Part shown: positions 25,371 to 37,322 of the stretch, piece by piece | Position numbering within the stretch: position 1 is the first letter of the stretch | Layout: each line of letters begins with the position of its first letter | Source: Azolla caroliniana | Lineage: Eukaryota > Plantae > Polypodiophyta | NCBI GenBank assembly: GCA_043228905.1 | Contig: JBHGNT010000003.1 | Span: 12,090,001-12,154,000, forward strand | Direction: 5' to 3' | Length of the DNA stretch: 64,000 nt | Translations under genes and position numbers: made by a program | Notes under the pieces: generated by a model | The model's input: only the letters and a program-made list of their open reading frames with translations | Told to the model about the DNA's origin: nothing | Database searches by the model: none

Positions 25371-26062
25371 CTAATTTGACCAAAATTTCATAAAATTTGA
25401 AAGCAATTTCGATTATAAATAAACTATATACAATAGATACATTTTTAATCTTTGATGACTATTCATATTGACATGGAATAAACATCAAATTGAGCTTAAT
25501 CTAGCCCTTTTAATGGTTGGTTATGATTGAATAACCAACCATTAAAAGGCCTCCCGATTTGGAGAAGAAAGAAGAGGGAGATGAGGAATGCCTCATCATT
25601 GGAGAATGTCTTTTGTGTGAGATGGAGAGGGGTAGAGTAGAGGGATGGGGTCTGGGGAAGAGCTAAAGCTCAGCTCTCGACAATGGGCGGCCATTATCTC
25701 ATTCTTTATCTTGTGCTAATTTGACCGGAATTTCATAAAATTTCAAAGCAATTTTAATCATAAATAGACTATATACAATAGATACATTTTTAATCCTTGA
25801 TGACCATTCACATTGACATGGAATAGACATCAAATTGAGCTTAATCTAGGCCTTTTAATGGCTGGTTAATTCAATCATAACCAGCCATTAAAAGGCCTCC
25901 TGATTTGGAGAAGAAAGAAGAGGGAGATGAGTCTTGAGAAAAACCTCATCATTGGAGAATGTGTTCAATGTGAGATGGAGAGGCATAGAGCGGAGGGATG
26001 GGGAAGAGCTAAAGCTCAGCTCTCGACAACAGGCGGCAATTATCTCATTCTTTATCTTGTGC
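25371..26062. repeat. ~345-bp diverged tandem duplication in the hAT 5' region, each unit with a hairpin
   Basis: CTAATTTGACC..AATTTCATAAAATTT starts at 25371 and 25716; both units end ATTCTTTATCTTGTGC. Confidence 0.88.
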
Positions 26063-26111
26063 CTTCCTTTGGCCACACAAGAAAGAAAGGAAGAGAAGAA
26101 GTGAGCATTTA

Positions 26112-26118
26112 CAATACA

Positions 26119-26156
<38 letters not shown>

Positions 26157-26250
26157 ACACACACACACACATATGTATATGTATTGTATTGTATGTATGT
26201 GTGTATGTACATGTGTGTGTGCGTGTTTGCATTGTATTGTATATATGTAT
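26112..26250. repeat. (AC)n microsatellite followed by a TG/TATG-rich complementary tract
   Basis: Read directly. Confidence 0.9.
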
Positions 26251-26803
26251 GATTCATGATGCATACAATTGTGACACTCTTTACATCTATTTCCTAGTCA
26301 TGATATCTCACTAAATTTTCACTATCACTCTTGAGATTTTGGAACAAGTATTTTGGAATTTATAATAGACTATAATATAATACAACATGTTACATGTATG
26401 CTTTGGTTTTATGTGTGTCTATCCCTTCTTTAATACAACAATGTTGGTGGCAGATAGAGACATTGATAGCTTGTGGTGAATTATCAAAGAATAGTGTCTT
26501 CATACAAGAGCATACCGACATCACAGGTAAATGTTCCGTGATTATGTGCTCTTTTATAATTCATTTATAATGAATAATAATTTTTTCCTCTTGATGGGGA
26601 TGGAATGCCATTTTCTTAGGCAAGTATCTTCCATTCGAATTTGCCATTTGCTTATGCCTATCATTTAAATTTTAAACAATTTCTTCTTGCATTATTACAT
26701 CACATTATTTCCTTATTCACACATTTAACATTGTGGATTCATGAATTTAGGACAATATAAAAGACAACTTCGAGTCTCTAGAACTTGTCGTCCTCAATCA
26801 ACC

Positions 26804-29604
26804 ATGCCACGCAAGGAATCTCCCTTATGGGATAAATATTGTTTGAACAAACAAGTTGGGAAGTCATCTGGGAACTATTATTGGGATTGCAAATTATGTG
26901 GTTTTCATGGGTCTGGGACACTAACACGTTTAGTTGCTCACCTTGCTGGAATTAAAGGTGAAGGTATAGACAAGTGTGAGCAAGTAACTCTAGAGGCATA
27001 TCAAGATGCTATAGCAGTAGCACAAGAAAGTGAATTGACTCGCAAGAAGCTAAAATGCATTAAAGAAGTAAAAGCCATGGAAAAACAAATTGAGCAAGAA
27101 GGTATGGTGGATTCAATGGTTGATTCAATGTTCCAATCACAACCTTCAATGGATAGCATATGTGCCTCATCTAAGAAGGATTCAATAGACCAAATTCCTA
27201 TTGATATTGAAGATACAGAAGGTTCAAGAAGAAAAAGTCTCACTCAAAGCACAATAAGGAGAGGATCAAGTGCCGCTATGTTGATCAAGAAAGACCATGC
27301 AAACACAATGTTGGTTAGATGCATTGTGGAAGGTAATCTATCTTTTAATCTTTTGAAAATGTCATGTTGGAGGAACATGTTGTTAGCTTTCTCTGATATT
27401 GGGGAAAAGTATAGTGGTATTACCTACAATGATTTAAGAGTTAAATATTTAAAGAAAGAGCATTTGAATGTGCAACACAAAGTGGAAAATGTGAAAGCCC
27501 TTTGGCCAAAATATGGAGTTACCATACTTTCAGATGGATGGATTGACACTAGCAAGCGAGCACTTGTGAATATTTTGGTCTCATGTTGTTATGGCACAAT
27601 GTACCTTAAAACTATTGATTGTAGTGGTGTTTCTACAAGGGTTGATGGTCCATGGTTGGCTGAAATGCTATCAACTACGATAAAGGAAGTAAAAGTAGAA
27701 AATGTGGTGCAAATTGTCATAGATAATGCATCTAATTGTGTTAGCATGGGTCACATTCTAGAGACTGAATTCCCAAGCCTTGTATGGACTCCTTGTGCAT
27801 CACATTGTTTATATTTATTGCTAGAGGATATTGGGAAGTTGAGTTGGGTTCGTCAAGTGCACAAGAGAGCAAATTGTGTGGTTAGACTATTCTCCAAGAA
27901 AAGGAATGCACGAAAAATTTTCAGCAACTATTCATCTCTTGTGCTCCTTAGGCCAAGTGCCACTCGATTTGGCTACATTCTTATTGTCCTTGAGAGGCTG
28001 GCAAGAGTTTGGAGAGCCCTTGAACAAAATGTGGTTAGTAACTATTGGGAGGATTGGAATGACTCCAAAAAGCCAGATGCGGTCAAGGTGAAGTCCATTG
28101 TGCAAGATAATTCTACTTTGCCGTCAATTATGATTGTAATTTCGATTATGCGTCCACTGTTTTCTGTTTTGCGGCTAACTGATTGTGAAGGATCTACAAT
28201 GGGCTTACTTTATGAGTTCATGAGGAGGGCTAGAGACAAATTGCAACAAGGCGCGAGAGAGAATACATTAAACAAGGACAGGTAATATGTTTCTATGTAC
28301 TATGTAGTATGTACATTTGCTGTTTATTGCATCTTTTTCATTTCTTTAAATCATTGATATCAACTACGTTATGCATATTTTGGTAACTGTTTACGAGTTT
28401 TGATTCAAATTCAAATGTTAGTGCAGATATAAAGAGGTTTTGGAATGTTTTGATTGTCGTTGGTCGTGGTTCAAAACCCCAATTCATATTGTTGCACATA
28501 TTTTGCATCCTTTATGGAAGCCCAAAGATCAACCAATAGTTATGAATGAAGAGATGACAGATGGATGGCTTGCATATATTCAAAAGGTATATTCTATAGA
28601 TGAATGCGAAATCTTGCAAGATCAATTTGACATGTATAGGAATGGTGTGGGCCGATTTAGCAATGAACTATCAAAATCACACATTGCAAAATGTAAACTT
28701 GTCTCATGGTGGGAAAGATATGGGGACAATGTGCCCTTACTACAATCATTAGCTTGTAGAGTATTGTCTCAGGTATTATATTTCATTTTTTATTAATGTT
28801 TCAATTTTATTAATCTTCTATATAGTACAATGACATATATTGTTTTCTTAAAACTTTGTGTCATAGGATTGCTCTTCTGGAGCTGCTGAAAGAAATTGGA
28901 ATGCACATGCATTAGCACATACAAAAAGGAGGAACCGTTTGAAGGTGAAACAAGTGGAGAGATTAATATATGTTAGAGAAAACTTAAGGCTTGTTCGAAG
29001 CTTTCAAACTCATGCAAGTCTTCCAATGCAGGTCTACATCTTTCTTATTCATGTTTGATATTTGATGTTTAGAAAACCATTTGAATTTTGTAGGTTAATT
29101 AACAAGCCTTGTTAATTGGTTGTGGTTTAAATATTGTAAATCATTATTATGATACCAAAATATTATTTGATTTAGGTAAATCCAGATGAGATAGACATTG
29201 ACAAGACTCCTGAAATGCCTCCATCAACAACCAATATTGATACTCAATTCGCACAAGCATATTTTGAGGAAGCTGAGGCTATGCATATTGGTCGGGTTAC
29301 TCGAAGTAGATCTAAGTTTACCGATATGATAGTGGATGAAGGATTGGTGGATCAAGTTCTAACACTATTAGAAAGGATTGTTCGTAGTCATGCTTGTGCA
29401 AGAGTTGCAAGTACAAGAAGGATAATTACTCGACAAACTACAACCGAGGCTTGCAATGCTGAATTTGGTAATGATGATGGAGATAAAGAGGATGAAGACA
29501 TTGACAATGCCATAGTTGATTCATCTTCTGATAGTGATTATGTGGACAACTATGATGATACAACAACGGAATCTTCTAATGATGATTTAGAAGAAGAAAT
29601 ATAA
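26804..29604 (+). CDS. hAT transposase, ~805 aa, exons 26804-28281, 28427-28772, 28867-29031, 29176-29604
   Basis: BED zinc finger (WDCKLC...LVAHL...C), SDGW, IDNA, CASH, WWERYG and SSGAAERNW motifs. Three GT-AG introns join all exons in frame with no stop. A probable 5' UTR intron lies at 26527-26750. Confidence 0.88.
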
Positions 29605-32186
29605 TCGAAAATTGCATGGAGATATGTATTGTTGGTTTTAACTTTTACATATCTATTCTAATTTTGATTCAAAGTTCAAAGTTCAAACTTCAAAGTTCAA
29701 TTTTGGTTCAATTTTGATATGTGTTTTGGTTCAAAGTTCAAACTTCAATTGTGTTCTCGAATCTCAAATCTCTAGTGTCCACTTTCATTTAAAAATATGT
29801 AAATCACGTGTATAATGTATTAATGTATTGAAACATAGATAACCGTTTATCCAAATTACAAGTATATAGTATTCAAATTACAAGTACCTTTGCAAATTGG
29901 TTTTTAAGTATTTGATGTTTTTAACGTATTCAAAACGTACTCAATGAACTCAACGAACTCAACGTATTCAACGTATTTTACCTTTAAATACGTATTCTAA
30001 GAACTTATAAATTATTTTTAGAATACTTATAAAATACGTAGCATACGTATTGTACGCGTACGGTATGCTACGTATGTTACAACCATGCTTCGTGCGCACA
30101 CGACACTAATCACATAATCAATATATGTCAAATGAGGTATTGACCTCGTGCACATATGTAAACGTTTTATATAACCAATTAATTACCACTACAACATCAT
30201 TGAATCTATAAAAAAAATTACATATTAACCATACACATGATTAAATTGGGAGAAGGAAGAATAGAAAAAAACAAGAAAGATTACCGAAGTTCCTTTGTTG
30301 ATTGTTGTTTGGAACAAGGTCGACCGCACATTGATCGATCGCCATCCATCAAGAAGACAAAACCAACAAAAGAAACATTAGAACATAGGCTCCTATACCA
30401 ACTGTTAGAGACATGAACTAATGTAAGCATTAGATAAGGATAGAATATAGATAGATAGATAGAAAGGAGAGAGAAAAAGAAGGGTGCCGATCCACCCGAC
30501 CACCCTTGAGCAAAGGGGTCGAGACAGACTCGAGCCTCGATCGGCGTCCCATACCACCGCCGTGGCGTTGAGTTGTACCTGGTGTTGGCGCGTTCGCTAC
30601 AAGAGTTGACGCAACACAAGACAGAGTCTCGACGTAGTCAACAAGATGATCGAATGAGGGTAGCTAGGCCTGTTATTTATAGCGATACCCAAGGCCCCCA
30701 GGCAAGTTCACACTTGGCCTAATGGGTTGTCTCAATCCCCAGGACTAAAAGTAATCCTCCCCTTCTTTACACTCTCGTTTAACCCTCACACTTATCCATG
30801 TGTATAGAATGCTACGGTAAATTCTGACCACGGGATATTATATGGTCATGCCTGGAACACTTCCTCTTCCTATTCATATGTCTTCGAACCTAAGGCCACC
30901 CTACTTGATAAATTCAACGGCTCGAGGGCAGCATCCTCATGGCTTCATCAATCAAATTCGGCTTATCATCTACTTACAACCCCAACGTTATGCTAGTGAT
31001 TTATCTCGTTTCGGACTCATTGGCACCCTTCTCTCGGGGCCGGCACAAGTGTGGTTTGCACCATTGATCGAGACCTCATCCCCACTCTCAGACAACTTTC
31101 CTACCTTCCTTGCGGAGCTTGAAGCCACATTCGGAGAGATAGATCGATGATGAACGACACTCACAAAACTCTTTTCCTTACAACAAGGCTCTCATCCAAC
31201 TTCTGTCTATGCTTCAGAGTTTCGTCAGATCGCGTACGATGTCAGCTAGGATGACCAAGCTTTATGCGACTAGTTTCGTCGAGGCCTCAAAAATGATGTC
31301 AAGACTCTTCTCTTAAACTTTCCGGAGCCCACATCATTGTCCCATGTAATCTCCCAAACCGTTCAATGTGATAATCGTCTTTTCGAGCTTAGACAAGAGG
31401 AACGGGGGACTCGAGGCTTTTCATCTTCCTCCTGCAATGCTCCACTCACAAGGCCATATATATCAGTTTTGCCAAGCACATGTTGACCGGTCAGAAGAGC
31501 AAGGACAAGTGGGAAGGCGGAGTCGGATCGGATAATAGGAAGTAAATAATAGTAGAATTATTATTCGGAGGGACGGATCCGGTACAGTTGTACCGATCCG
31601 GATCCGGACCGATTCGGATGTCGGTTGCCTAAGCGCACCGATTGTAACCTTGCTGGATGCCTATAAAAGGATCCGATGATTTGTAAAGGTTTTGGGACGG
31701 AAGTAATACAAAAGTAATTATTGTTGAAAAACAGCGCTCGGCCACAACCGAGGAATAGGATCAACTCACAGAAAAAACAGGAAATACAAAATGCTCTAAG
31801 ACAATAGAGAGAAGAGTACACAGGATGTTTTACGTGGAAAACCCTAAATGGGAAAAACCACGGGAGTCCTCAAACTCCAACTATCACTATACACAGAGAT
31901 ATACAATGGTGAAGCTACAAGGCAACAACCTTGAGCTCACTGTCTTCGCCACAGGCGGCGGCAATACACAGAGGCGTCGACCTCTTCCTTTCTCTCTCTC
32001 CCAGTCTCTCTCGGCTGCTCTCGCTTCGCTCTCTCGGCTAAAACATAAAAATGAGCAACAAACAAAAACTGTTTGCCCTAAGTCATATTTATACAACATA
32101 TGACTTTCGGGCTATTTACAAATGTAGCCTAGAGAGCCCTTGGCAAACATATTCACAAATATGTCCCCGCATCCGGATCTCTCTCC

Positions 32187-32320
32187 GGGGTCTTCATCAT
32201 CCGGCTCCGTAGCCGGGTCTTCATCATCCGGCTCCGTAGCCGGGGTCTTCATCATCCGGCTCCGTAGCCGGGTCTTCATCATCCGGCTCCGTAGCCGGGG
32301 TCTTCATCATCCGGCTCCGG
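32187..32320. repeat. Five 27/28-bp tandem units in LTR U3 (also at 36940-37074)
   Basis: G(3-4)TCTTCATCATCCGGCTCCGTAGCC repeated. Confidence 0.92.
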
Positions 32321-32370
32321 ACATCTGACCATCCCATCCGGAGGGACCGTAATCCCAACAAACTCCCCCT

Positions 32371-35300
32371 TCACTTCGGCATGGGATGTCTTTCCAGTCC
32401 GACCCTCTTCCGGCACGCTTCCAGCTTGTCGGGTGTGAGTACTTTGGTCAGCATATCTGACCCGTTCTCGTCCGTGTGGATCTTCGTCAGCACGAACTCC
32501 TGGTCTTCTATCCTTTCCCGGATCCAGTGATATCTTCGCTGGATGTGCTTCGTTCGGGAGTGATAGGCCGCATTCTTCGCAAGGTGGATGGCACTCTGAC
32601 TGTCGCAGTAGAGTAGGTACTCCTCCTGCCGGATACCGAGCTCTCTAATGAAGTCCTTCATCCATATTATTTCCTTGCCGGCTTCAACAGCCGCCATGTA
32701 CTCCGCCTCCGTGGTTGACAACGCAACCGTCTTTTGCAGCCTCGACTGCCACGAAACAGCTCCCCCTGCATACGTCATCACATACCCTGATGTGGACCGG
32801 CTGGTATCTGCATCAGCCGACATATCTGAATCGGTAAAGCCGTCGAGTTCGGGCTTACCGGAGCCGAATCGGAGGCACACGTTTGCCGTGCCCTTCAGGT
32901 ATCGCAGTATCCACTTGACCGCGTTCCAGTGCTCTTTGCCGGGATTGCTCATGTACCGGCTCACCACTCCGACTGCATATCCTATGTCCGGTCTTGTACA
33001 CACCATTGCGTACATCAAGCTTCCTACGGCAGAGGCATATGGTACTTTCATCATGTCCTCTTTCTCAGCCTTTGTCTTGGGGCTTTGCTTGCTGGACAGC
33101 TTGCAGTTTGCCGGGAGGGTTGATCCGACCGGTCTTGCTTCCGACATGTTGAACCGGTGAAGCACCTTTGTTACGTACTTCTCCTGTGACAGCCACAACT
33201 GCTTCTTCTTCCGGTCTCGGATGATGTGCATCCCTAGTATTTGCCTCGCCGGACCCAGGTCCTTCATTGAGAAGGTTCGGTGAAGTGCTTTCTTCAGCAT
33301 CCGTATATTGGCCTGGTCCCGTTCGACGATCAACATGTCGTCCACGTACAGGAGGAGTATTAGAGAGTCTCCTCCTTCGAACTTCTTCACAAACACGCAG
33401 TGATCGGACTGCGTTTTGTGGTACCCTTCGTCGGTCATGAAAGAGTCGAACTTCCGGTACCATTGCCGGGGAGCCTGCTTCAGTCCGTAAAGGCTCTTCT
33501 TCAGCTGGCATACCAGGTGCTCCTTCCCTTTCTTCTCGAATCCTTCTGGTTGCTGCATGTAGATCTCTTCTTCGAGGTCACCGTGAAGGAATGCCGTCTT
33601 CATGTCCATCTGTTCTACCTCGAGGTCCATGCTTGCCGCTATGCTCAGCACCGTCCGGATGGAGGTCATCTTCACTACCGGGGCAAATATCTCGTCGAAG
33701 TCGGCGCCCTTCTTCTGCTGGAACCCCTTCACTACGATCCTGGCTTTGTATCTCGGGGGGTTTCCGGCATCTCCTGGTTTCAGTTTGAACACCCACTTGT
33801 TTCGAAGTGCCCGCTTACCTTTCGGCAACTCCACAAGTTCATATGTGTGGTTCTCATGCATGGAATCCATCTCCTCCTGCATGGCACTTAACCACCTGCG
33901 GCTATGGTTGTCAAGCTTTGCTTCTTCAAAACTTTCCGGCTCCCCCTCGTCGGTTAGCAGCACGTGCTCTGGTTCCGGAAATCTCCGGGGGGCCCTTCTC
34001 TCTCTTAGAGGATATCTCCGTTCCGGAGCTTCGGTAACCGGCTCCTCCGTTTCCTCTTCATCCGAAACCATTTCGAGATCGGGGCCGGTTCCGGTATCAG
34101 TTTCATCTTCCTCGGCCGGTTCTGTTTCTTCACCGTCTTCGGCCGGATCCTCGAGTGCTAACCGGTCCCTTGCCGGTCGGGACTGCTCCTCGTAGAGTTG
34201 ATCCTCACCGGTCGACTTGGAGCTCTTCATCTTCTTCTCCGACTCCCAGTCGGCGAGTGTCTTATCCTCCATGAAGATGATATCACGACTCCGGAATATC
34301 TTTTTGTCGACCGGGTCCCATACTCGGTAGCCGAACTCGTCATCGCCGTAACCGAGGAATATGCATGGCCGGGTCTTTGGATCTAGCTTTCCTCTCCAGT
34401 CCTTTGCCACATGCACATATGCGAGACACCCGAACACCTTCAGATGCCGGTAGGATACTTCCCTACCGGTCCACACTCTCTGCGGCGTGTCTCCGTCCAA
34501 AGGTACTGAGGGTGATCTGTTTATCACGTATGTCGCCGTCGACATTGCCTCAGCCCAAAACCCCTTGGGTAATTTCGCATGCGCCAGCATACTCCGGACC
34601 CTCTCCATTATGGTCCGGTTCATCCTCTCGGCCAGCGCGTTCAGTTCCGGCGTCTTCGGCACAGTAAACTCGAGCCGGATTCCCTTCGAGCGACAGTACT
34701 CCTCGAACTGCCCCCGGTATTCCCCTCCGTTATCCGCTCGTATCGCTTTCAGCTTCTTGCCGGATTCCCTTTCCACTCTCGCGTGGAGTTCTTTGAAGAC
34801 GCACAACACTTGGTCCTTTGTCTTCAACGGTGCCGTCCACAGCTTCCGGCTATGGTCATCAATGAATGTCACGAAGTACTGGGCTCCGCCATGTGACTTC
34901 GTTTCTACTTGACACACGTCAGTGTGCACCAACTCCAATGGTGCGCTACGTCTCGTCAGTGGCCTTGAGTGGAAGGAGGTCCGGTTCTGCTTACCGGCCA
35001 GATAGTCGGTACACTTCCCCAAGTGTACATGCTTTACCGGTATCAGGTTGTCTTCGGCAAGCCTCTTCATCCCTTTCTCGCTCATGTGGCACAGTCTCTT
35101 GTGCCACAGCTCACCGGCAGCGTCGGCTGCCACGTTCAACTCCTCCGGACACAACCAGGCATTCATAAGGTACAGTGTGTTGACTTTTCGGGCTCGAGCC
35201 ACTATCAGGCTCCCCTTGCTGAACTTCATTACACCATTCCGGATGCTACCCGTGTAGCCTTCATCGTCTAGCCTCCCGGCCGAAATCAGGTTCAATCGAA

Positions 35301-36444
35301 CCTCCGGAACGTGTCGGACATCCTTCAGCAGGATTTTGCATCCGTTCGAGGTTGTCAACCACACGTCTCCTATGTCGACAATCCGGCACGTACCTTCATT
35401 TCCCATCCGAACATAGCCGTGCTCGCCGGCTGTGTAGGATGAGAAGTATTTCTTCTCCGGGGTCAGATGGAACGATGCTCCGGAATCGACCACCCAGGTC
35501 ATCTCCTCACCGGCAAGGTTCAGCTCCGTCTCTTCGGTAATGAGCATTATCTCTTCTTCACTTGCCGCGAGTGCTGTCGTTCCTTTCCGGTCCTGCCCTC
35601 GCCGATCCGGACCTCTCCGGTCCGTGGCTCCCCGGTATGCACCGTTTCTCTTCGGTGACTTCTTCGAATCGGTGTCGTCGGCTCCGTTGTCCTTTCGGTA
35701 ATGCCGACAATTCTTCCGGAAGTGCCCCGGCTTCCCACAGTGGAAGCATGTGGGTCTTCCTCTTGACTGCGACCGGGTCCCCGACTTCTCCCGTCTTTGC
35801 GGACTCCGGTTCCATTGTCTTCCCCGTTCCGATTCGGTAAGCAGCGCCTTCGAGTCGGAGGCCGGTTCTTTATCTCTCCGACGCGCTTCTTCATTTAGAA
35901 TACTTGTCTTTACCGTTTGTAGAGACAAGTTATCTTCGGTGCAGGAGGTGCTGAGAGTCACCACCAAGTTCTCCCAGCTTTCCGGCAATGTACACATCAG
36001 AATGATGGCTTGCATTGCATCCTCCAACGGGAACTTGATCGCCGCAAGCTGGTTTACGAATCCCATGAACGTGCTCACGTGTTCCACCATATTCTCGCCG
36101 TCCTGGTACTTGAGGTTCACTATCTTCCTCATCAGGGAGGTCCGGTTCAACGCATTCTTCCTCTCGTAGAGGCCCGACAGCTTCTTCCACATCTCATATG
36201 CGTTGGTGTCGTTCGCCACATGTTGTAGAACGCTTACATCGACATATTGCCGGATCGTCGCTACGGCTTTCCGGTTCAGGAGCTTCCACTCCGACTCTAT
36301 TACCCCCTTGGGTATCTCGGCATTGTCGATCGGTTCATACAGGTCTCGGACGATGAGAAGGTCTTCCATCTTTATCTTCCAGTTGGCGTAGTTCTGTGAG
36401 TTCAACACCATCATGCCCGGACGCCCACTACCGCCGCCTTCCAT
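32371..36444 (-). CDS. gag-pol: Copia Gag-Pol polyprotein, 1357 aa, uninterrupted
   Basis: CCHC knuckle CFHCGKPGHFRKNC, protease VVDSGAS, integrase, RT YVDD, RNase H. The last Cys of the integrase HHCC motif reads Tyr here (CTDY versus CTDC in 56724-60800). Confidence 0.95.
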   Translation of the reverse strand: MEGGGSGRPGMMVLNSQNYANWKIKMEDLLIVRDLYEPIDNAEIPKGVIESEWKLLNRKAVATIRQYVDVSVLQHVANDTNAYEMWKKLSGLYERKNALNRTSLMRKIVNLKYQDGENMVEHVSTFMGFVNQLAAIKFPLEDAMQAIILMCTLPESWENLVVTLSTSCTEDNLSLQTVKTSILNEEARRRDKEPASDSKALLTESERGRQWNRSPQRREKSGTRSQSRGRPTCFHCGKPGHFRKNCRHYRKDNGADDTDSKKSPKRNGAYRGATDRRGPDRRGQDRKGTTALAASEEEIMLITEETELNLAGEEMTWVVDSGASFHLTPEKKYFSSYTAGEHGYVRMGNEGTCRIVDIGDVWLTTSNGCKILLKDVRHVPEVRLNLISAGRLDDEGYTGSIRNGVMKFSKGSLIVARARKVNTLYLMNAWLCPEELNVAADAAGELWHKRLCHMSEKGMKRLAEDNLIPVKHVHLGKCTDYLAGKQNRTSFHSRPLTRRSAPLELVHTDVCQVETKSHGGAQYFVTFIDDHSRKLWTAPLKTKDQVLCVFKELHARVERESGKKLKAIRADNGGEYRGQFEEYCRSKGIRLEFTVPKTPELNALAERMNRTIMERVRSMLAHAKLPKGFWAEAMSTATYVINRSPSVPLDGDTPQRVWTGREVSYRHLKVFGCLAYVHVAKDWRGKLDPKTRPCIFLGYGDDEFGYRVWDPVDKKIFRSRDIIFMEDKTLADWESEKKMKSSKSTGEDQLYEEQSRPARDRLALEDPAEDGEETEPAEEDETDTGTGPDLEMVSDEEETEEPVTEAPERRYPLRERRAPRRFPEPEHVLLTDEGEPESFEEAKLDNHSRRWLSAMQEEMDSMHENHTYELVELPKGKRALRNKWVFKLKPGDAGNPPRYKARIVVKGFQQKKGADFDEIFAPVVKMTSIRTVLSIAASMDLEVEQMDMKTAFLHGDLEEEIYMQQPEGFEKKGKEHLVCQLKKSLYGLKQAPRQWYRKFDSFMTDEGYHKTQSDHCVFVKKFEGGDSLILLLYVDDMLIVERDQANIRMLKKALHRTFSMKDLGPARQILGMHIIRDRKKKQLWLSQEKYVTKVLHRFNMSEARPVGSTLPANCKLSSKQSPKTKAEKEDMMKVPYASAVGSLMYAMVCTRPDIGYAVGVVSRYMSNPGKEHWNAVKWILRYLKGTANVCLRFGSGKPELDGFTDSDMSADADTSRSTSGYVMTYAGGAVSWQSRLQKTVALSTTEAEYMAAVEAGKEIIWMKDFIRELGIRQEEYLLYCDSQSAIHLAKNAAYHSRTKHIQRRYHWIRERIEDQEFVLTKIHTDENGSDMLTKVLTPDKLEACRKRVGLERHPMPK

Positions 36445-37322
36445 TTTCTGTGTTACCGTGCTCTGATACCAATTTGTTGAAAAACAGCGCTCGGCCACAA
36501 CCGAGGAATAGGATCAACTCACAGAAAAAACAGGAAATACAAAATTCTCTAAGACAATAGAGAGAAGAGTACACAGGATGTTTTACGTGGAAAACCCTAA
36601 ATGGGAAAAACCACGGGAGTCCTCAAACTCCAACTATCACTATACACAGAGATATACAATGGTGAAGCTACAAGGCAACAACCTTGAGCTCACTGTCTTC
36701 GCCACAGGCGGCGGCAATATACAGAGGCGTCGACCTCTTCCTTTCTCTCTCTCCCAGTCTCTCTCGGCTGCTCTCGCTTCGCTCTCTCGGCTAAAACATA
36801 AAAATGAGCAACAAACAAAAACTGTTTGCCCTAAGTCATATTTATACAACATATGACTTTCGGGCTATTTACAAATGTAGCCTAGAGAGCCCTTGGCAAA
36901 CATATTCACAAATATGTCCCCGCATCCGGATCTCTCTCCGGGGTCTTCATCATCCGGCTCCGTAGCCGGGGTCTTCATCATCCGGCTCCGTAGCCGGGTC
37001 TTCATCATCCGGCTCCGTAGCCGGGGTCTTCATCATCCGGCTCCGTAGCCGGGGTCTTCATCATCCGGCTCCGGACATTTGACCATCCCATCCGGAGGGA
37101 CCGTAATCCCAACAATTATTGCGTGTTTATCTGTATCTTCGTATTGTTTACCGTCAGTGCTTAATTGTAATCATCTTACGCGTATAACCTAGCATCCAAT
37201 CCTTACCACCCCTTTCGAGAAGTGTCGGATAGACACCTGTGTTGAGGCTAGTCCGGCCAGGCAGACAACACTATTTTGGCGACCACGATTCCTGCAAAGT
37301 GTAGAGGACAACCGGGGGATGG

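Larger units (their letters stand above)
24929..30087 (+). mobile_element. hAT-superfamily DNA transposon with imperfect TIRs and 8-bp TSD
   Basis: Left end CATTGTTTTTAAAAAACG; right end reverse complement CATGGTTGTAACATACG. TSD TCTCGTGC (24921-24928) / CTTCGTGC (30088-30095). ACGTATT subterminal repeats at both ends. Host leader is continuous across it (compare 55640-55700). Confidence 0.88.
18696..30859 (-). mobile_element. Full-length but decayed chromodomain Gypsy; 457-bp LTRs at 18696-19152 and 30403-30859; TSD CTTCC
   Basis: TG..CA LTR pair; CTTCC at 18691-18695 and 30860-30864; decayed tRNA-iMet PBS TGGTATAGGAGC at 30389-30400; PPT next to 19152; long 5' leader that contains the hAT element. 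Confidence 0.95.
31722..37114 (-). mobile_element. Young intact Tork/Tnt1-like Ty1/Copia; LTRs 31722-32360 and 36475-37114; TSD ATTAT
   Basis: ATTAT at 31717-31721 and 37115-37119; tRNA-iMet PBS TGGTATCAGAGC at 36460-36471; PPT next to 32360; LTRs differ at about 3 substitutions plus repeat-unit variants. Confidence 0.97.

Noticed and set aside
25888-26259. ORFs with CVCVCV/HTHTHT runs
   Set aside because: Translations of the (AC)n microsatellite.
32648-36391. Many 60-200 aa antisense or alternate-frame ORFs over the Copia and Gypsy polyproteins (also 56777-60695, 37271-40226)
   Set aside because: Shadows of GC-rich, stop-poor coding sequence; they recur only because the elements are paralogs and show no domain motifs.
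36940-37074. Regularly spaced 27-28 bp repeats (also 49640-49880) as a CRISPR array
   Set aside because: Units are contiguous with no unique spacers, lie in LTR U3, and the context is eukaryotic with no cas genes.
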